Source of the DNA: a virus | Taxonomy: Duplodnaviria; Caudoviricetes | Virus record (IMG/VR): IMGVR_UViG_3300005916_000016 | Coordinates: 1 to 25,277 of that record | Length of the DNA: 25,277 nucleotides | Strand: one strand, 5' to 3' | In this document: positions 1 through 6,039 of the stretch, in pieces | How the letters are laid out: each line of letters opens with the position of its first letter | How positions within the stretch are numbered: position 1 is the stretch's first letter | The notes under the pieces: model-generated | The model's database searches: none | Told to the model about the DNA's origin: nothing | The model's input: the letters and a program-made list of their open reading frames with translations, nothing else | Made by a program: the position numbers and the translations under genes

Positions 1-202
1 AGCCGAGTGTAATGACATGACGAATGAAGAGAAAAAAAAGTGGGGTGTCGGCGCAATATATATACTAATATACTAATATGCCTGAAATGCCTGATATGCA
101 TGATGTCTTGCTTTGTTTTGTTTGGTTTTGTTTTTCTAGAAGGAGTGACGGTTTCATCGTCACTTCCATGAAGTGCTCTTTTTTTTATTCCCGTAGCTCA
201 CA

Positions 203-237
203 TAAAAAAAGGCAGAGTGTGGCATTCACCCCGCCTA
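203..237 (-). terminator. Rho-independent terminator closing the leftward gene cassette
   Basis: Minus strand reads AGGCGGGGTG-aatgcca-CACTCTGCCT followed by a T run: 10-bp stem with two G-U pairs that work on the minus-strand RNA; lies downstream of the leftward genes. Confidence 0.8.
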
Positions 238-432
238 AATTTGTGCTAACTGCTCCTACTGAATATACTAGGATTTATACTGCCTTAGCTTTGGCAGATA
301 CCTGTTTTTGACTGAGATTTTGCAAGAATATCAATCCTTACCGAAGATATGTATGGCTAATCAATGTTGAGTTTGATTCTGATTAGTTTAATCATCTGGA
401 CGATGAAAGCGAATAACAATAAAGCTGGGATT

Positions 433-897
433 TTATTGCTGGTTTTCATGCTTTTTTTCAACTTTGTCTGCAACGTCCAAATCTATTTCCAGAACGTTTT
501 CTGCTTTCGGGTCAATACCCATTGGCTTGAGCCATTTTTTCATGAAGGCTCGTGCTGACGCCTGCGCTGGGGTATACTTGACTTGTTGCGATGACATGAG
601 GCTCTTGAGGTTTACGCCTTTCATTTTGCTCATGTCTATTGTGAACTCAACTTTTTCTGTGCCCGTGTTGAATAGGTACTTACCTACAACGGCACTGCCA
701 AGAGTGTTGAAGAAAGCAAGAAGGGGATTCTTGTCTTTTATGCAATAGTCAAATATTTGACATACTACGGCTTTCACTGATTCAGGGTATTCTCTGACTA
801 TGTCAAATAGCGACACCGTGATGTTCACGTTCGCAAGGGATTGGGTATCACCCGTGCAAACGGCTTTTTTTTGTTTATTTTGATGTTGGTTATCCAT
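433..897 (-). CDS. Hypothetical early protein, 154 aa (MDNQHQNKQKK...)
   Basis: Part of track ORF 433..1167. Start moved to ATG 897 because the cassette-type RBS GAAAGGAG lies just upstream (~905-912). The 5' extension overlaps a hairpin-dense region. Confidence 0.75.
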   Translation of the reverse strand: MDNQHQNKQKKAVCTGDTQSLANVNITVSLFDIVREYPESVKAVVCQIFDYCIKDKNPLLAFFNTLGSAVVGKYLFNTGTEKVEFTIDMSKMKGVNLKSLMSSQQVKYTPAQASARAFMKKWLKPMGIDPKAENVLEIDLDVADKVEKKHENQQ

Positions 898-1463
898 ATT
901 TGGTACTCCTTTCGTCTCATCCGAGACGTTGCGATTTACTTGAGTGTTACTAGACTTATCTTTTTGATAAGGTTCAGACTCACCTTGAGCCTGTTGCGCA
1001 TTTTCTCTGCGACTTCGCTTAACTTCTTCCTGCCTAATTGCACGTCTGCTCATCGAGTGGGGCGATTGACCCCGATTGTGGCGGTTAGGTTTCCTAACTC
1101 TTATAGGTGCGTTAAGCATGAACGGTACTTGGTTATTTGCACGTTTTGAACTCATTTTGGACTCCATTATCTTCGTGATATTGATGAAGCTTTGATAAAA
1201 TAACCTATGTCATAACCGTGCAATTTAGCAAAATTGGCGTGATGCAATGGAAATGCAAGAGCCTGCGATTGCCTATAATCTTATTGGGTATGGCATGGTT
1301 TACGGGATGTCGTCAACCTTAAGAGGCGTTTCCCGATTTGCAGGTTTGCTATACCTGCCTTATTCGATAGTCTGCGGTGTTTTATCAGCCTGAAGAGGCT
1401 TTGGTCGATGATGTTTTCGATGAAGTTGTGCTAATCTCGCTTGTCAGGCGCACTTAGTTGAAA

Positions 1464-1658
1464 CTAGCGCTGTGTGGCAGTTTTGCGAAAACTGCTTATC
1501 ATTCTGCGTGCGACTCTGATTCTTTGGTGGTACTGTTCTCTCACTCCTTTGGGTAAGACACCACTGGAGTTTAAGAGTAACTGATATTTACGAACTGAGT
1601 CGATGCAACCCTGAGCTTTGAGTTGTTCAGGCGTTGGCTTACTATTTACGAATGTCAT
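1464..1658 (-). CDS. Small basic hypothetical protein, 64 aa (MTFVNSKPTPEQ...)
   Basis: Track ORF 1464..1703; in-frame ATG at 1658 preceded by GAAAGTGAG, a variant of the cassette RBS. Confidence 0.6.
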   Translation of the reverse strand: MTFVNSKPTPEQLKAQGCIDSVRKYQLLLNSSGVLPKGVREQYHQRIRVARRMISSFRKTATQR

Positions 1659-1777
1659 AGTTATGCTCACTTTCTGCCAGATAGACTGGCAATTAACACG
1701 CACAAGCGATTGACGGGACTCCGCACTACGCTTTGTTTTTATGTGCGCTTACTGAGATGCGTTGCTGAATAAACCTT

Positions 1778-2020
1778 TTAGCTGGTGTAACGGATGGTTG
1801 ATTTTGCCCAACCGACACCTCTGCTTGGTATGTTGATAGAGGTGACTTCACTTATTACACCGTCTTTTTTAGCTAAAAGGGGATTGCTGATTAACTTTTG
1901 TTCGTCTAAGTCTTCAAGAGTCCCGCCTATTAAGGCTCGCACTTCATCAATGACCATTTCTGGTCTGACATTGAATCTGAAGGTTCTCCTGACAGTGACG
2001 AACACTGCGTCATTCTTCAT
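1778..2020 (-). CDS. Hypothetical protein, 80 aa
   Basis: ORF with strong RBS GAAAGGAGTTTATC-ATG, same orientation as its neighbours. Confidence 0.75.
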   Translation of the reverse strand: MKNDAVFVTVRRTFRFNVRPEMVIDEVRALIGGTLEDLDEQKLISNPLLAKKDGVISEVTSINIPSRGVGWAKSTIRYTS

Positions 2021-2075
2021 GATAAACTCCTTTCAAGTTTATGATGCTTTGATACGATATAAGATATGCTGGATT

Positions 2076-2183
2076 TCATTTGGAAGCTAGTAAGAGAAAT
2101 AACATTGTTATTACCCATACCAATCCGATTACAGATAGCATTGCAATTGTTATCTGTGATGCTATTGGAAGCATACTAATCAT
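2076..2183 (-). CDS. 35-aa single-pass membrane peptide (MISMLPIASQITIAMLSVIGLVWVITMLFLLLASK)
   Basis: Translated by hand, below the track cut-off; RBS GAAAGGAGTTTACC-ATG; almost entirely hydrophobic. Confidence 0.65.
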   Translation of the reverse strand: MISMLPIASQITIAMLSVIGLVWVITMLFLLLASK

Positions 2184-2516
2184 GGTAAACTCCTTTCGAG
2201 TTAGGATAGTTCTTTGGTATGACACTTACGGTGGTTAGCAAACTCATAATGGTTTGCCGATAGTTTGATTCTTATTCATGGCAAGACTCCTTTCATAGTG
2301 TGAGTTAACTGAAGCCGATTTACTCGGAACAGTAACATGGACAAATGGATACAATATACTCAAGCACACGGTTTGTTTCGCTTTTTCATCAGCACACGTA
2401 TGGATTTACGGGCTGTTGCGGTTTGTAACGGTGCTCAAGAACGACACGCCGAGTATTCTTACTGCGGGGGTGTCTATTTACTGAGTAGCACGCTGGCTCT
2501 TATTAGCCGAGGGTGT

Positions 2517-2876
2517 TTACGCAGAGAAGAGTTTCTCTAACCAGCGACATGCACTAAGCACAACTTGGGCGTTGCGCTTATTGTTGCATACAATGATTGG
2601 TTTCTTCGATGTGGTGATTTTCAATAGTGTCGGCACGACTTTTTTGTCGACTTTCTTTATCTTGTCGAATAACCATGACTTGTAAGACTCCGTCGAAAGT
2701 TTCTGCGAGCAGTCTTTACTAATCCCAAATGGATTCGCAAGAGGCGAATTACCGAGTTTCCAATCTTTGTTCTTTCCGCCAATGTAGAAAAAATCACCAC
2801 CTTTGTTAGCTGGTAGTGACTTCATAGCTTTTTTATCGGCGAAATGTTTCAGCAAGTACACTTTAATCTGTTTCAT
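2517..2876 (-). CDS. DUF4326-like protein (divergent), 119 aa
   Basis: Motifs YIGG...SPLANPF...Y.SWL...IIVC match the DUF4326 pattern (YIGR..S..NPF..Y..WL..L.C); RBS AAAGGAG before ATG 2876; ATGA overlap with the upstream gene. Confidence 0.7.
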   Translation of the reverse strand: MKQIKVYLLKHFADKKAMKSLPANKGGDFFYIGGKNKDWKLGNSPLANPFGISKDCSQKLSTESYKSWLFDKIKKVDKKVVPTLLKITTSKKPIIVCNNKRNAQVVLSACRWLEKLFSA

Positions 2877-3373
2877 GACAAACTCCTTTTTGATTTGTAA
2901 CAAACTACTAAATTGTCAAAACTGGATAGGAATTCAGATAGAGTTTCTCTGCATTCTTGCGGATTTAATCGTCCGAATCCAGCACCTGCCAGTGGCATAC
3001 GAATGTGGGTGGCAGGATTATTTTTTGCGTATTGGGCTAACATGTGGGCTGAGTATTTCAAGAGAAAAACCGAAGCTTTACTACTCCAGTTATACTTGAC
3101 TTGGAATAAGCCAATGCCTACCTTATTATCGGTAGGGTTTTGGAGAACTGTAAACCCGTATAGAAAAATATTAAGATTGTTGGTCGGCTTACTGCCCACT
3201 CTACGAATGTGGACGGCACTCCTTACCGCAATCCCGGGTATACGTTGAGTTAGCTCATATGCACAACCTCTACCCATGACTAATCCTTTCTTAGCAAGGA
3301 AGCCATTGGTGGAAACAATTATAAGTTGTGGGTGCGAGACTAGCTTAAATAACTCTTCACGTTTAAATAACAT
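2873..3373 (-). CDS. Macrodomain ADP-ribose-binding/hydrolase protein (DarG/TARG1-like), 166 aa
   Basis: Motifs STNG...VMGRGCA, FQVKYNW and MPLAGAGFGRL match macrodomain signatures (N..GvMG.G.A, FPTK.HW, P.lG.G.G.L); RBS GAAAGGAG before ATG 3373. Confidence 0.85.
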   Translation of the reverse strand: MLFKREELFKLVSHPQLIIVSTNGFLAKKGLVMGRGCAYELTQRIPGIAVRSAVHIRRVGSKPTNNLNIFLYGFTVLQNPTDNKVGIGLFQVKYNWSSKASVFLLKYSAHMLAQYAKNNPATHIRMPLAGAGFGRLNPQECRETLSEFLSSFDNLVVCYKSKRSLS

Positions 3374-3411
3374 AATCAAACTCCTTTCAAAATCTCAAAA
3401 CCATTAGTTAG

Positions 3412-3461
3412 CAAAAAAAAACAAACAAAAAACATAGAAGTAGCAAGTCCGTTGCCTACTC
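3412..3461 (-). terminator. Terminator/attenuator-like hairpin plus long T tract upstream of the macrodomain gene
   Basis: Minus strand AGTA(G)GCAA-cggac-TTGCTACT followed by TCTATGTTTTTTGTTTGTTTTTTTTT. Confidence 0.5.
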
Positions 3462-3720
3462 CAGCTTGTGTTAGGGTCTAATTCTGATTGAAGCTCCTAG
3501 TGTCCGTGACTTGTCCTACTCCCCTTGCACTGTTGAGACCCCCGTAGGGGTTATCTTTCAGCTACTCTTGCTCAGTTGATACGTCGCCTTTTGGTTTTGG
3601 ACTTCTGTGTTCGCAACGCACAGAACCCCCACTATCCGTTTGCGATTACTTAGAGGGGCTCTCTGTTCTTCGTCATTCGGGGCAAAGGCGCACCCACTCT
3701 GTTGTCAAAGTTCTGCATCG

Positions 3721-3750
3721 TATATAAGACACCATGTTTGAGATTGTCAA
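3721..3750 (-). promoter_or_regulatory. Putative sigma70-type leftward (early) promoter
   Basis: Minus strand perfect TTGACA (3750-3745), then TATATA after an 18-nt spacer; the -10 is imperfect. Confidence 0.45.
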
Positions 3751-3843
3751 GGTCGACAACTTTTTTGTTTCACGTCGTCCTTGATAACCCTAACAGGGCG
3801 ACTGTTCTTGTCGTCTCAACCCGTAGGGCGACTTGTCGACTGG

Positions 3844-3854
3844 TGTGTTATGAT
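3844..3854 (+). promoter_or_regulatory. Extended -10 element (TGTG-T-TATGAT)
   Basis: Matches TRTGnTATAAT with one mismatch; no good -35 at canonical spacing. Confidence 0.4.
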
Positions 3855-4209
3855 GCTCTCTGAACTTATACCTGACAACAGCGTCGGGGCGACACCCGCT
3901 TGACGTGCTAAGAACAGAGAGGGTTTTCCACTCAAGTAACAAGCGAACAGGTGCAGTGGGGTGTGTGTTGTGAACGGTTTATAAGAAGTTCAGTCCCTGC
4001 CAAAAGGTGAGCGTAAAACAACTGACCAGGAGAAGTGTTCTGAAAGTAACCCTCACTGGGGTTGAGACGGGTTTTGCAAGGGGATTAAGGCACTTAGAAC
4101 ACGGTCACGGAGCGGAAGTCTGAGTCAGACTGTCTCGAACACTTGAGCAGAGTAGGCAACGGACGTTTTTGCTACTTCGCACTTCAATTCCAACGTACCT
4201 TAGTCATCT

Positions 4210-4650
4210 CATTGTGCTGTTTGTGCTCACGGAGTGAGCCCGTAACAGTGGTGACAGTTTCATCGTCACGTCTGTTGCGGTTAGCGTGCTTGGTTTTATC
4301 AACGGTGTGTCTGTTCACTCTGTTGCGTGCTCTTATGGTGTAAGAGTGGCAGACTTTGCCATTCACTCTTTCTTACTGCCAGTAAGAGGTAAGCATAGAC
4401 AAGGGGACGAAGGCTTGGTTTACGGCTGTCTAGGGGACAACAGATGGCATTATAAGCGTGACCAGCGGTAGGTCTACATGCTAAAGTATGCTGAATTCCC
4501 TTTGCCGTCAATGGATTCAGGCTGACCTCTGCCACTTGTAGGTGACAACACGCGGTCTCGGCTTGTTCTTCCTGCCTGTTGTTCAGTACACGTGGGTAGG
4601 GGTGGTCGGTGAGGGACGAGCCGACATACAGCTCACTGTGCTCGCCTTGC
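4210..4650 (+). other. Hairpin-dense non-coding domain (structured RNA or ssDNA)
   Basis: Stems at 4225-4239, 4251-4269, 4269-4277/4438-4446, three adjacent hairpins at 4330-4387, and 4558-4569/4612-4624; no ORF with a credible RBS. Confidence 0.55.
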
Positions 4651-4820
4651 TCTCTGTAATTATATATATAAAAGATAATATATATCATCATCATGGTCTT
4701 CACCCCCCTCTTCATGCCCACCCTCCCTCCACCAACATACCAGTATAAACCGCAACACGAAATCTCAGTTTTCTAGATAACCTGTGACATCCTTTGTCAT
4801 CGGTACACCGAAAAGAACCC

Positions 4821-4849
4821 TTGCTAAATGAAGACAAATAGGATACAAT
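4821..4849 (+). promoter_or_regulatory. Sigma70-type promoter for the packaging operon
   Basis: TTGCTA-17 nt-TACAAT, about 40 nt upstream of the first rightward gene. Confidence 0.7.
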
Positions 4850-4887
4850 TTATCCTAATACTAATACGGCAGTAAAATAGAGGATTA

Positions 4888-5223
4888 ATGTTTGAATCAA
4901 CGACTTGTGGGATTACTAACATGATGGGATTGATAGGCGGTCTCGTTAGTGTTTTGACTGCCATTTATATGCTAACTGCGAATAAACGTAAAGTAGATTC
5001 GGAGTCACTATCGAATACATCGGAGGCATACGAGAAAATGGTGGACTCTTACGAAAAACGAGTAGACAGGCTCTTGAAGAGAATCATAGAACTAGAGGGA
5101 AGAGTCCTAAAGCTTGAAGATGAAGTAAAAGCAAAGCAAGGTATTATTGATAAGCTTGAAGCTATCGAAGCTATCGCCGCGAAAAAGTGCGCCCAAGAAC
5201 AAAAGATTACCCCAGAGAAATAA
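4888..5223 (+). CDS. Membrane-anchored coiled-coil protein (holin/XhlA-like architecture)
   Basis: N-terminal TM segment (MMGLIGGLVSVLTAIYML) followed by a heptad coiled coil; RBS AGAGG. Confidence 0.7.
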   Translation: MFESTTCGITNMMGLIGGLVSVLTAIYMLTANKRKVDSESLSNTSEAYEKMVDSYEKRVDRLLKRIIELEGRVLKLEDEVKAKQGIIDKLEAIEAIAAKKCAQEQKITPEK

Positions 5224-5642
5224 TGAATATAGTGTCTGACGTCACATTCCCAGCGATAATAAGCCACATAGCAACAGTACCAAATTCACCCCAAGCACGG
5301 GTGTATTTTACTATAAACTCGGGGTACGGATTGCAGGCTGGTCAACTCATGAAGTGGAGAGATGACAGAAGGAGAGTGGAAGTTATTATAGCGGGTGCTG
5401 AGGGATATGAGGATAGGATTGAGTTCTTTGCTAATATTTATAAAGTTGGCACTACTAGAGATAAAGGACAGCTGGTTGTACTTCAGTATCCTACTAAGAA
5501 ATTTGAAGACTTATACGAAACCCTGACAGGTATACATGAACACGGAAGCGGATTGCTTGTGGTCTCATGTTTCCCAGGGGAAAGCGAATATGATGATGGA
5601 GAAAAAAGACAAGGCTACAACAGAAAATCTCGTAGAAGGTAA
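5223..5642 (+). CDS. Hypothetical protein, 139 aa
   Basis: ATG overlaps the upstream stop (TAATG); part of track ORF 5187..5642. Confidence 0.65.
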   Translation: MNIVSDVTFPAIISHIATVPNSPQARVYFTINSGYGLQAGQLMKWRDDRRRVEVIIAGAEGYEDRIEFFANIYKVGTTRDKGQLVVLQYPTKKFEDLYETLTGIHEHGSGLLVVSCFPGESEYDDGEKRQGYNRKSRRR

Positions 5643-6039
5643 GAAAGGCGGAGCTCTACAGAAGAGAGCATTGATGACCGCTCTGATTAATAAGCTGAAG
5701 ACAATCCCTAAGGGGCAGTCTAAGTCAGCTGAAGAGCTTATTGCGGAAATGATTGTTGATGTTGCTCTCACTGGAGAGGTTCAGCTATTACCCTCTAAGA
5801 TAGAGAACAAAGCTCCTGTGATGTTGTTCTCACCTAGAGACTGGTATGAGTGCGTGAAGTGGTTATTTGACAGAGTTGAAGGTAAACCTGTACAGGCGGT
5901 TGATGCTTCCATAAGGTCATCAATCTTCTTTGATGGTTTAGATACTATGGAGGACGAGAATGACGGAAATTCTAAGATGGACGGAAATGACAAGCTTCCA
6001 TCCGAAACAGAAGGAATGTCTAAAGACGCTAAGGAGTAA
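5590..6039 (+). CDS. terS: Putative terminase small subunit
   Basis: Immediately upstream of TerL; helical protein with 'KWLFDRVEGKPVQAV' typical of small terminases; start chosen at the ATG run at 5590. Confidence 0.7.
   Translation: MMMEKKDKATTENLVEGKKGGALQKRALMTALINKLKTIPKGQSKSAEELIAEMIVDVALTGEVQLLPSKIENKAPVMLFSPRDWYECVKWLFDRVEGKPVQAVDASIRSSIFFDGLDTMEDENDGNSKMDGNDKLPSETEGMSKDAKE

Larger units (their letters stand above)
3437..4178 (+). repeat. ~740-nt imperfect inverted repeat (rod-like fold-back)
   Basis: Nested complementary blocks: 3447-3461/4150-4164 (15 bp perfect), 3521-3529/4075-4083, 3609-3621/3963-3975, 3659-3670/3910-3921, 3699-3707/3873-3881, 3752-3759/3833-3840. Confidence 0.92.

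Noticed and set aside
2370-2400. Hammerhead-like core on the minus strand (CTGATGA-aaaagc-GAAAC)
   Set aside because: No stem II pairing, and the flanks are direct repeats rather than complements, so stems I and III cannot form.
78-3248. Plus-strand ORFs in the left region
   Set aside because: Shadows of minus-strand genes or of spacers; they lack the RBS that marks the real genes.
3640-4050. T-box riboswitch (AGAGAG and CTGAAA motifs)
   Set aside because: No T-box consensus (GGTGGNACCGCG) and no amino-acid gene context.
3520-4090. CRISPR array
   Set aside because: No regularly spaced repeat-spacer units; at most one repeat-like 32-mer.
3437-4178. Rod interpreted as retron ncRNA, group II intron, IS/MITE or obelisk
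   Set aside because: No reverse transcriptase, transposase, intron domain V, target-site duplication or internal ORF is visible in the window.
4143-4748. Short overlapping ORFs in both orientations
   Set aside because: No credible RBS, atypical composition, and the region is better explained as structured non-coding sequence.
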